Assembly: GCA_016748015.1 (NCBI GenBank)
Contig: JAAOMT010000617.1
Location: forward strand, 310,001-374,000
Direction of reading: 5' to 3'
From: Geosiphon pyriformis uo1
Lineage: Eukaryota > Fungi > Glomeromycota
Length of the DNA: 64,000 nucleotides
Position numbers and translations under genes: made by a program. The notes under the pieces are model-generated. The model was not told the origin of the DNA, did not search any database, and saw only the letters and a program-made list of their open reading frames with translations. Shown in pieces: positions 53,035-64,000 of this stretch. Each line of letters begins with the position of its first letter. Within the stretch, counting starts at the first letter, position 1.

Positions 53035-53520
53035 CATTCTCCAAAGAACCTTTTTGTGAGGTAAATAAGCGTCTTATATACCTCCTGGTGCAATCTTTTA
53101 CTTGTTTATCTTGATAAGCGAAGCGAAAGAACCTTAATGCTTCATGAACATCTTTAAGAGTACCATGACCGTTTAAACTAGCCTTTGCAAGCTAATAATG
53201 GCCAACTGAGTTTCCAAAAATTGTTGAACTATGAAAAGAAGTCAAAAGATTTTAATTAATATTATGATTTCTCATTGAGGATTGACATACAGAACAATGA
53301 AACAAAATACTACACAATTTAAAATCAAATTTCAGTTAAATAATTTGAAAAAACATGTATATATGCCTCTTGAACCAAATAAACGCATCTCGAAAATGAT
53401 TCCTTTGCCCACGTAATCCCAATATATGATATTGAATACCGACCGCGAGTTGTGCCGATGAATAATTATATTTAGAGTCTTGTTTTATTTTCGGGAAATA
53501 GGAAAATTCTTTATTCATTG
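53035..53520 (-). pseudogene. Sel1-like repeat protein remnant
   Basis: AQLAVGIQY...DAFIWFK (53336-53518) and GNSVGHY*LAKASLNGHGTLKDVHEALRFFRFA (~53120-53220) fit the Sel1 consensus; in-frame stop. Confidence 0.6.
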
Positions 53521-55499
53521 ATTTAAAATAGGAGTTTTTTCAATATAAAAAGATTTTGGTAAAGCAAGGGTAAATGTTTTATAATGAATTCGCAGCTTTA
53601 CTTAGCCCTTTTTAAATTCACAATAAGATTGAGAAGTTCGAAACTGGCTGACAACTGGTAATATTTTATAGTTATTGAATTTAGTAATAAAAGTTTTACA
53701 ATTTATTTCACCGCTTTTTTGGTTAAGTGTCATCTGGTATACAATTATTGCACACCTGGTATAAATTTTTATGCAAGAAAGGATCTCTCATTTAATTTTC
53801 TTACCAAGAGAATAATTATTGAATATAAGTTATACTAAAAAATTATGAGAAACTTCTTTGAATAAATTTTCTGTAGAATCCGTATATATATTTTCACTTG
53901 CTGATAAAATGTTTTAAAAGAATATAATAAAATATCCAATATCTATTCGTTTCTAAAAATAGTTAAAACTCCAATGTTTTTGTTGACCTCCAGTGTTTGA
54001 AATTTATAAATAAAATTTTTTATAAGATTTCTGAACACTTTATTCAGAATAACACTTTTAGTTTCCTTTTAAACTGTCATTTTTCTTATCTAAGAATAAC
54101 CTTGAATTTATTTTGTCAACCAGGTATAGACGCTTTATTCAAGTAAAGAGAAAGGGTTTTTTAATCATCATAAAAGGGGTTCTGATTCTAAATTAATTTT
54201 ATTGAGCGAAAATGAAAATTCTTAACCATTTACGAAACTCTTACTTTAGATTTGTATTCAATACAGGTATAGGGAAAGAGAAATAGTGAATCCAGTGCTT
54301 TTTGTTATTAATTGCTCGTTTGCTAGTGGGAATTTTCTTTTCATCATCCCCTAGTTTTCGATGTTTGTCACTTGGGTCAAAAATGATTGGAATGTTTTCT
54401 AAAACCAGTCTTCTAAATTTAACCATTTCAACAAATTTACAAATATCAATAGAAAGTATATTAATTTTTTTTAAATTCAAACTACCCAAATTTTGAGTAA
54501 AAAATGAGATTTCATTCTTTAATCTACAAAATTTTTTAGAATGGTTTCATTTGCATCTCAACGTTTTTATTATATCTTTATCGCTATAATTTTAACGCTG
54601 ATAATTCAAAATTTAACACGATTCTTTTGTTATTCATGTAAAAACCTTCGAGATAATTAGGGAGTTTGTTTAGACGCCAATAATAGTATGAAACTAAAAT
54701 GCACACACAAATATGCTTTTTTATCCTTTTTTAAGAACTTAAAATGGTATTAATTTGGCGCCCGATAATTGTTTTTGTTTGTTCCTTAAAGCACATGTGA
54801 CAATTTAAACCTTGAAAAAGAAATCAAATAGTTGCCATCTATTTTACAACTTATAAAAGTGAACAACTTTGAGCTTTTATGTTTGCTGTTTTAATTTTTG
54901 TAACTCTATATCTTGTTTACTAAAGCCATTTCATAGGTTAAATAAGTGCATTAACTTACAGTACACCACAAAAGTATCCAATTTCCAATAACTCTTTTTA
55001 ATTGTACAACTTGCAAAAAAAGAAATAATCTACCACCACTAATTTACAATGTAGAATAAAAAAACAAAAGACTAACATTAATGTACACATTATTCAATCA
55101 TGTTTACATAAGTTTAAGAATATAATCTTTATTTATTAACAAATACAGAAAAAATGTAACCTAAATTGAGTTATATTTTTCAAATAAAAACACATAACAT
55201 CTAAATCAGTCAACTTTAAAATTTTGGCAGTTTTTTAAATGAAAAAAAAATATTTCGGTCTATAAAGCATTTATTAAAAGTTAACATATAGTAATATTTT
55301 TATAAGTGTACACTTTTAGAACCAAATATATTTATGTACTTAGAAAAAGTATATATTTAAAAAATAATCTATAATAACATTTTTTTTAATATTAAATACA
55401 GTATAATTTTATTATTATTTACATATATAATTCATATATTTTAGGGAACGAACATATATTACGTCATTATGAAAGAGGAAAAGAGGGAAAATTCAAAAT

Positions 55500-58400
55500 C
55501 TCATGTCTTACATGATTTTATATAACATGTGATTTTGGATTTTTATTACCCAGTTAAAATATAGAATGTCAAAATTTTACAACTTTAAATAGTACATGAT
55601 TATTAGCCAATTAGAATATAGAAATGTAGTTTAATTTATATATTAGTCTATGATTTTTTTCTTTATTTTCTAATTATGAAACTTCTTAAGACTTCAGATC
55701 ATAAAAAATTTAGTTGTCTTCTTATTTTCATTCTGAAAATACTTCATAACTTTGTAAGGCTAGCACTTGTTTAGAATTAACAAAAAAATTATCAATTAAA
55801 TTAATAAGTCATTTTTGTTTAACTGATTATTTTTGTTATTTTAAATATTGGTTTTTTTTGTGTAATATAATCAATAAAAGTATCAGAAAATATGCATTGC
55901 AAATAAAACAACAAAAACAAATATAATTGCTTATAGTTGAAAAACAATAAACATTATATTCAGATATTTTAATCTTGTTACAATACTTTAATACATAAAA
56001 TAAATTTAAGTAATGACTATATTTTGATATGATTTTCTAGTCATTGCCAAAATACAAATTTATTAATATAATATTGACAAAAAAAGAGTTTTTTTACCAG
56101 TATATTATATTATAAATGTTTTCTTAAAAATAAAATTTCATTTTTAAAAAGTACACAAAATTTCTTTAATATAATAAAAGTTTTTTATTACAAGCTTTAA
56201 ATTAATTACCTAGTCTTAAAAATTAAGATAAAAATCATATTTATTAATTAGTAATGTTATTTCAACAAGTTTTTGAGAAAGTATTGTTATATTACATTTA
56301 ATTAAATTATATATTAATTAATTATAAATATTTATTCTAATTAAAAAATAATTAAGATTAAATACACAAAACATTTAACAATATTCAAAAATATTTTTTA
56401 TATAACAAAAATTTTTATCTGGGTTTTTATTAACTAAAAAAATTTAGATAGATTAGATTTAATTATTAATTTTATATATTTTATTAAAGTAAGTATTTTA
56501 TGTTAATAAATTTAAATTATTTATATAAATAGTAAAGTTTATTTTAACTTTATATTACAAATAAATAAAACTTAATAGTTAATTATTATAAGAAATATTA
56601 TTTATATTACTTGGATTTTATTAGCAAATAAATTAATAAAATTAACTTTTATTGTATACTAATTAAAAAATTGTGATCTAATAATATAATTGGCTTTTAA
56701 AAATTTTGTATAATTTAAAAAATTTTTAACTATAAGAAAATCAAGAAAAATTTTGGTTTTGTTGTTCTGTAAATAATTACAAATTAAATAAAAAATAAAA
56801 CTGCAAATTATTTAGCTTTCTTTACTAAAGCAAAACAATAGTATTTATTAGAGTGTTTTTTTATTTTGTAAAACAAAAATAATTATAATATTGGCTAAAT
56901 AATAATAGGCTTTTATTAATATTGTAGTTAATTAATATAATAATAAATAATTATTCAAAATAGTACAAAAAAAATATTTATTATATTTTAAATTTAAAGT
57001 TTTATAAAGATAATTAATAGTTCTAATTTTTATAACTTTTTTTTTTCTTTTTTGTTTGTAGTTTTAAACTTAATATATATTATAAATATGTTCATATAAT
57101 TTAAATATTGAATCAAAAGGAATAAGTAATTAAATAAATCATAGTTTATAATTTCTTGTTGTTTTTTAAAAAATTTTGCTTTTTTTGTCTGATTTTTACT
57201 TTGGTATTTTGTAAAATACTTTAATTTTTTTATTTTTCTAGTTTTATTATGCAAAATTTTCTTGAAATTTTTAATACAAATTAAAAAACTATGTTAAATT
57301 TCCAAGTTAATAATAGAATTATAGATTTGTTAAAGTTTAACAAGCTTTTTATTATTTGTGTTAATAATTTCTATGACTTTTTTTTGTACTAAAACATTAA
57401 AAAAAATTATATTACTTACAATAATTTCTTTAATTGTTTTTGAAATAGTTGAAGTTAAAATGATTTAAATAGTTTTAAAGTTTTAAGATAATAGTATTAA
57501 TTGTAAAAATACAAAAAACTTTAAATTAAAATTGAAGTTGCCAAATTTTTTCAATTTTTCTGTAAAAATTTTGCCAAATTTTTTTTATGTATTAGTATAT
57601 TTAATATATAAATTAAATTTTTAATATGCAAAATCTCTAATGTTAATTTGTAGAAATTTTATAAATATAAAACTTATTATATTGTAGCATAATTAAAAAA
57701 ACTTGCATATTAAGAAAGTTTAACAATAAATAAAATCAAAAATACAATATCAAAAACACAATAGATTAGAAATAAAAAAATAAATAAAAAATATACTAAT
57801 TAAAAAATAAAAGATATATTAGATTAAAAGATAAAAAACATATTAGATTAAAAGATAAAAGACACAAATTTATGGTTATTTTTATATAAAAAAAACAATA
57901 TAATAAGTTAAAATATTTAAACTAGCATATTTTTATAATAATTTTGATTATAAGTTTAATTATATTTATTATATAAGTTTGATTATATTATGTCATAATT
58001 GTGTATATTATTATAATGTAAAATAATATTATTATAAAATGTTTAATTATATATATTATTAAAAAGAAAAAAAATAGTCTTATAATAATCAATAATAACA
58101 TAATATATATTTATTTCTTTATAATAAGTACAAATTATGTATTTTTTTACACATAATTAATTATTAAACCAATTAAAAATATCTAAATTAGATTTAAAAA
58201 TTTTTAATTAATTATTATTATATAATTATTATATATATATATTTATAAAAATATTTTAATATACTTAAAACTTAAAATTATTTGCATATACAGATTATAA
58301 AAAATGTATACTTAGTTTTAAGTCTTAAAACTTAAAATTAAGCTATAATATTATATAAAAAATATGTGTATTTGTAAAAAAGCATTTTTAAAAGTATTAT

Positions 58401-60400
58401 TATATAAAATTGTTTTTTAGTTTTAGACTTTAAAATTAATATAAACATAATTTTTTTATTTTTTAATAGAATAAATTTTGTGAAAAATAAATAAAAAAAC
58501 AATGTTAATTAAATTTGATTAAAATATTTAAAGATTAATAAAACTTATTATAATAAAATTTTATAAAATTATAAAATAAAATTGTTTACTTAAAAAATTT
58601 GTTATAAATTTTATTTATAATATAAAAAATTAAGTTGTATTATATATTAGTTACTTTTTACAAAACCAATTTAAATTTATATTTTTACAATTTAATTAAA
58701 TTATTATATAAATAATGCAATATTTTTAAAAAATTGCTACATATTAATAAATATTATGGTTGTTTATAATGAAGTGTTTTTTAATTATAAAACACTATAA
58801 ATTACTTAAAGCATAATAAAAAATTAAATATATAATTTATATTTAATTTTATATAAAAAAAACTTATTTTTTATTTTATTAAACTAATATTTATTAGAAT
58901 TACTAATAAATAAATATTAAAATTCTATATATATTAATATTACGTATTATAAATAAGTTAATTTAGCAATTAATTATTTATATAATTTATTAAAATAATA
59001 TACATTATAAAAAAATTTAATTTTTTTCTTTTGGTATATTTACTGTTTTTATATATAATTGATTAGAAATTTTTTTGTAAATTTATATATTAAAAATATA
59101 TTATTATTTTATAATTATTTGGTAGAATTGTATTATACTAGGACATAGCTAGTAAGATTTGGATATAAGATGAATATAAAAAAAGCTGAATTGATTAAAG
59201 ATGGTAGTTTAATATTAAAACTGTCTTGTAATATAGTATTTATGCTGTTAAATAAGATGATTTGATTGTTTAGTATTATTGAGTTTTTTGTTATTAGTTT
59301 TGATAATTGCAGATTATGTCTTTTTTTTGATTTGGGTGGTAATATGTACATTTATATAAATATATAGTATTGTTTTGTTTAATCTAAGTGGCTAATCATA
59401 TGTAATATGAATATAAATTATGTTTAGTTTAAGCCACTTAGTTTGATTTTATGTACTAGATAGCAATTGGACTTTACTTAATAAAATATTTAATATAATA
59501 ATTATTTTTTTATTTATTATGTTCTTAAATTTAAAACATAAATATTCTTTAATTAAAAAATTTATATATTGGTTTAAAATTTATAATTGATTATTATTTT
59601 ATTAACAAATTATTATTTATTTAAATTTATTTTATTAAGTTTATTTGAATATTTTGCATAAAAATCTACTTATTACTATAAAAATAAATTTATAATCTTA
59701 GTTATCTTAGTGTAAATTATATTTATTATAATTTAAAAAAAAACTTTAATCATATTTTTGTATATATTTTTGATTTTGCTGCAAAAAAACTGTTATTAAG
59801 AATTGTTTTAATAAATAGATTACAAATTGTTTATAAGCTTTTTTATTTTTTAATTATTAATAATTATGTTTATATATTATTTATTAAAAACTTTGTTTTT
59901 AAAAATTGATTTGCTAAATCACTTATAATATTTAAAAATATTATCAAAATTGACTTATATATAAAAATTTTATTTATAATATAATAATGTTTTACAAAAA
60001 AAATATTTGGTTATTAAATTCTAAATTAAAAATAAAATATAAAAAAGATTTTTGATTATTAATAATAAGTTTATTTAATTAATAATTAATAACTAGTTTT
60101 AATAATTTTGTTTATAAAAAGAGTTTTGCTTAAAATTAACTTGTTAATTTTGGTTTTGTTATTAATTTGTAATTGGTTTTAATATTTTTGGTAAATTAAT
60201 TAGTGTTTTAAGTATTTTTAACATATAATATAAACTTAATTGGTTAGCTATATATAAAAAAGGCATGAATTACACTTATAATATAAAAAAATATTATTTA
60301 TTTGGATTTGTTTTATGCATATTATAAAATTTATAAGTATTAAGCCAGATAAATCTTTCTAATTTGGCATTATATTTAAATATCTTGGTTATACAGTTTT
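55500..60400. other. Extremely AT-rich TE relic block containing a plus-strand LINE 3' end (~59140-59495)
   Basis: CpG essentially absent; LINE 3' UTR pattern (tagtattg...aagtggctaatcatatgta...aataaaa) at 59366-59490. Confidence 0.6.
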
Positions 60401-61266
60401 TGAAATTTTCTATGTTACTTATAAAATTGAAGGAGCACTTGTCTATTGTTATCTTAATACATAAAACGCTTCCCCTCATTTTAAATTGCAAACCCAATGA
60501 ACTAAAGGCCTGATTTAAAGAACACCAAAAATAGGTCCTACCTATAGTTTTAGTTTCTTTTTTCGCGAGCTGATTTTCCAGTTTTCATGAAAAAAATCAC
60601 GTAACTCATATAGATCACCGGAAAATTTGAGTGCATAAAACGATACTTTTATGCTTCATAGCTTTCTTGCTGATATCTTGAGTCAAAAGCTCAAGGCTAT
60701 TTTTATAAGATGATTTTCGAGAAAAATTGTTCCAGAGATCTCTTTCATATTCATTATCCTGTTCAACCATGGGCCAAAAATTAACTGTGGCTTTGATCCT
60801 GAATTAGTTCGAGTTGAAATAAAAGATAAATTATATTTCTGTAGTGAAAAAAACACAAAATACAACTTAGGACCTTCCAGCCATTGGGGACACCTGTTAG
60901 CCGCAATATAGGACATTCTATTAAAGCAAAAGAGAGATAAACGCTGGCCTAATCGATATTACCAGCAAAACAGAGATCACGGCAGACGCCAAGTAATACC
61001 CACCAGCACAACGGACATCGCGGCAGATCCAAAGTAATATAACCAACACAGGTCTCGCAGCAGATGCATAACAACATAACCAACAAAACTAACATCACGG
61101 CAGAGTAATAAAATTCATCTTTCACCTTTTTGTGTGAAAATAAATTTTTTAACGGCGTCGCATGGTATAAGAGCACGACGATGATATAAAGTAAAGATGT
61201 AAGAAAACTTGTTAGCGAGAAAATGGTTCAATAAAAACGATTTAATAGTGTAGGTAGAATTTAAAA

Positions 61267-61318
61267 TCAACTTAATCCTTTCGGTGGAAACTTCGATTTA
61301 TGGTATATTAATCAAACT
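61267..61318 (-). pseudogene. U14 pseudogene
   Basis: GTTTCCACCGAAAGGATTAAGTT retained, but box C degraded, domain A mutated (ATCGAAGTTTC), domain B and box D deleted. Confidence 0.85.
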
Positions 61319-61518
61319 AATATAGACTTATATGTTATCGCGAGCTTCAAAGATTTTAAATTACTTACAATATAGGGGTGAAGAGCTTAGGCGATAGACC
61401 TGGACATGTTCAAGGAAAAACTGAGTTAATATGGTTGAGTTTGTTTATATTTTTTTAATAGCGTTAAACTAGTCGAGTACTGTTTTTTGAATCAACAAGT
61501 ACATAATAATTTTTATTT

Positions 61519-61637
61519 GAGTGATCAGTTTGGGATACTGGCTAGTATTTACTCCTTAGCGAGAGGAGCAGCATAAGAATCACCATGGTCGATAAGATGG
61601 GGAAAGAAGAGTCTTTCGTTTATTCATCATTTCACTC
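61519..61637 (-). ncRNA. snR190: snR190 homologue, second intact copy
   Basis: Box C (tcatcat 61624-61630), box D (tcag 61525-61528), perfect GAGTGA/TCACTC stem, antisense elements identical to copy 1. Confidence 0.85.
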
Positions 61638-62299
61638 TTTAAACTAAATATCTAGAACATAGAGCATCATAACTCACCGTATACTCGAATACGAAGCGTT
61701 TAAAAAGGAAGGGAGAATATAAGATTGCTATAAGAAAACATCTGTGCTGATTTATAAAAAAAAATTTTCTGTTTTTATAGGAAAGATCAGCGTAGGGATT
61801 AGTCATTTGATTAATTCCATATAACCAAAGTCATAACATCTTGTGGCTTCAATTGGATGACGTCATATTGGTTAAACAAACGGGGATTGGCTAAAAACCA
61901 GACAAAGTGAACATTTTAGTTGCGTTATTAATTTGGTATCAAGACGTAAACTTGGTTGAGATAAACGTTTTACTTGCAGTTATCATTATAACAGTAACAT
62001 AGGCCATACCTCTAAGGTATTGTGGTGAATGGGCGAACAGCAGATACTATATTTATATGAAATATCCTCTTCTTTTTAAATAAATGCATAACTCAGCCTC
62101 ACCGTTCTTAAAAATAAACTGTCAAATTTGTGATTTTCAGTAACAAACATTAATGAGTAAGTGAAAAAGTTGACAATAATCCGGTGTATTGATGCTAAAC
62201 ACTCGTCATAACCCATCTAAATGTATTAATAAAAAATGTTGCGATAATTATTTTGGACACCATGTCTGGGCTCATCAAAATTGCACTGAAGAAACAAGG

Positions 62300-63075
62300 C
62301 AGTAAACTACAAGCAACTCTACTCACTCAAAATTATTTTCACATTCACTACGGTATTCTTCGAAAAAATTTTCCAAATTGACATTTTCGACTATCAGTGC
62401 TGTTCTTTCCACTCTCCCAATCATCGATTCCGCCACTTTTTTAAATCATCATCTGAATCTGAGTTAAATTCAAGTGATTTTATCAGCAACGTAGCGAAAG
62501 TGTAACAAGACTATTTGTTTGAGATATACTTGTACTAGATATAGTGGCCCTTCCATCTTGACATTGGTCTGGATTTTTCCCGTCTATGTCTTCATTTGAT
62601 TCATGTCTAAATATGGTCATGTAAGCCTAAAAGGAGTCTATATTCAGAAAGGAAGAATCTTGAAAGAAATACCTGAACTCCTGTTGATGCTAAAAGAAAA
62701 GAAATGAAAGACAACTTTTTGCATCAAGTGATCAGAACCTAAACTAACAGATACATAAAATAACGTTAAAAAAAACATGCCATCAATACCTTGAGATCAT
62801 TTTCCGAGAATTCAGAAGGTTGTTTAGAACCAGCTAGTGTTGATATCGTGGCGTCAATGTCGTCAAGAATCGCATTGCGGACCTTTGACATTGATTTTGC
62901 TCCATCAGCGTAGGTAGAAACAGTGGCCTCTCTCTTGCATATTGTAGAACGAATGAGCGTTAATTGAAAGGATTAGCAACTGGAAAAATCCTAAAGCTTA
63001 CCCTGATTTGATCAAAAGGTTATGCGATTCTTCACGGTTTTAGCGAGATCCTCGATAAAGTTAATATCTTAAGAA
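62300..63075 (-). pseudogene. Possible spliced gene remnant of unknown family
   Basis: Open segments bounded by AG/GT (e.g. REATVSTYADGAKSMSKVRNAILDDIDATIS ~62790-62933), but adjacent segments contain stops. Confidence 0.3.
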
Positions 63076-63379
63076 TCTTAACGGTCATTCGGCAAAGATC
63101 AAGAGTCATCACTGAGAAACCAAGAGTCGCTCAGCTAGCTGCCGAAAACGCACCGGCCAAGAGCCATCACCATACGACCAAGAGTTATATAGCTTGGTGA
63201 CCTGACACGTATCTCTATCCATAAAAACCAAATCTTATTTACGTACATTCCAGCTATGTATTTGAAAAAAAATGTGGCAGTTTAAAATTTTTATCCTGAT
63301 CATCACAAAAAGCGATTGAAGTAATATTAAAAATTCTAATTATAACTGTTCCGCCGAATATGAAAAGGCAATACGTTTC

Positions 63380-64000
63380 TTGGAGTTAGGTTGCAATTGT
63401 GGTTGCTCAAAAAAGATTCCGAGAGAAATGTCTGCCGAATTGCGTGAAGCGTTTCAAGCCCTCTCTAGACCGGAACAAGATATATTTTTAATGGTCCAGT
63501 TGAAAGCAATGAATGGTGGAGAAATAACTGCCAGTAGACGTCTTAAAAAGAAAACGCGTATTAATAAGAGAACGTTTTATTACTGAAATCGCACTACGCC
63601 TCTTTGTCAAAAAACGTCAGAAATCATCTAGCAACGAATGGCATAATACCGCCCATTCATGGTAATGTAAAAAAAGTGCCGCAATGGAAAACCAAAATAA
63701 CCATTGATATAACCGTTGCCACCACCGTGAAGAGTATTCTCGAAAACTATGCTGAAATCAATGGACTACCAAGTCCTGGTAGAAATGTCAATCGCATTAT
63801 TCAATCACTTACACTTTTGCCAGCTGAAACGAGTTACAAATCGGTCTATAGTGATTTTATTGCAGGTCTTGAAAATGACAACACGTTGAAATTGTTAAAA
63901 TATGATGCGTTTCGCAAGGTATGGCACCAATTAAAACCTTATATTCAAATCATGAGTCCGAGAACAGATTTATGTGACACCTGCCAACATTTTCGGAACG
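63380..64000 (+). mobile_element. Sola-like DNA transposase, N-terminal part, disrupted; runs off the window
   Basis: GCNCGC, LCQKT, IHGN, GLPSPGR, LLP, F..VW...P.I, PRTDLCDTC motif series; stop at 63586 and a frameshift/deletion near 63615. Confidence 0.7.

Larger units (their letters stand above)
60410..61852 (-). repeat. Copy 2 of the inverted snoRNA host gene duplication
   Basis: Reverse complement of 8429-9972; donor sites GTGAGT and GTAAGT retained. Confidence 0.85.

Noticed and set aside
54241-54489. 82-aa ORF as a gene
   Set aside because: No recognisable motif or linked exons; at most an upstream piece of the Sel1 pseudogene.
10308-60497. Short I/K/N/F-rich ORFs (10308, 57030, 59133, 60294) and antisense ORFs over TEs
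   Set aside because: Compositional artefacts of AT-rich relic DNA or shadows of TE reading frames.
8429-61852. Long inverted repeats as termini of a ~53-kb giant transposon
   Set aside because: The arms are snoRNA host-gene copies with many indels; no TSD or matching transposase is seen, and the interior is explained by independent insertions.

Overview
Eukaryotic, very AT-rich DNA that is probably fungal. The 7TM gene family, Sel1 remnant and retroelement types suggest Glomeromycotina such as Geosiphon or AM fungi, which is an inference. Three CpG-retaining host islands (~8.3-10.0 kb, ~48.5-55.5 kb, ~60.4-64.0 kb) are separated by blocks of nested, C>T-decayed retroelements. The host content is (i) an intronic snR190 + U14 box C/D snoRNA cluster present twice as a ~1.5 kb inverted duplication (8429-9972 + and 60410-61852 -), with U14 destroyed in the second copy; (ii) an intact 8-exon, 403-aa 7TM receptor gene (48892-50654, -); and (iii) a Sel1-repeat pseudogene. 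The mobile content includes two complete but degenerate Ty3/Gypsy elements with both LTRs and 4-bp TSDs (A 10626-21530; B 38800-47037), a third partial one (C, 1-~6860, -) and two solo LTRs of one subfamily, one nested in inverted orientation inside A's 3' LTR. There is also a full-length LINE with endonuclease, RT and RNase H (31931-~38730, -), many truncated LINE 3' ends and a Sola-like transposase at the right edge. Most notable: elements A and B share an uncharacterised third ORF after integrase; A and C carry a Cys-rich domain plus dUTPase between protease and RT; and a C:G>T:A hypermutation erases the retroelements but spares a linked host duplication.
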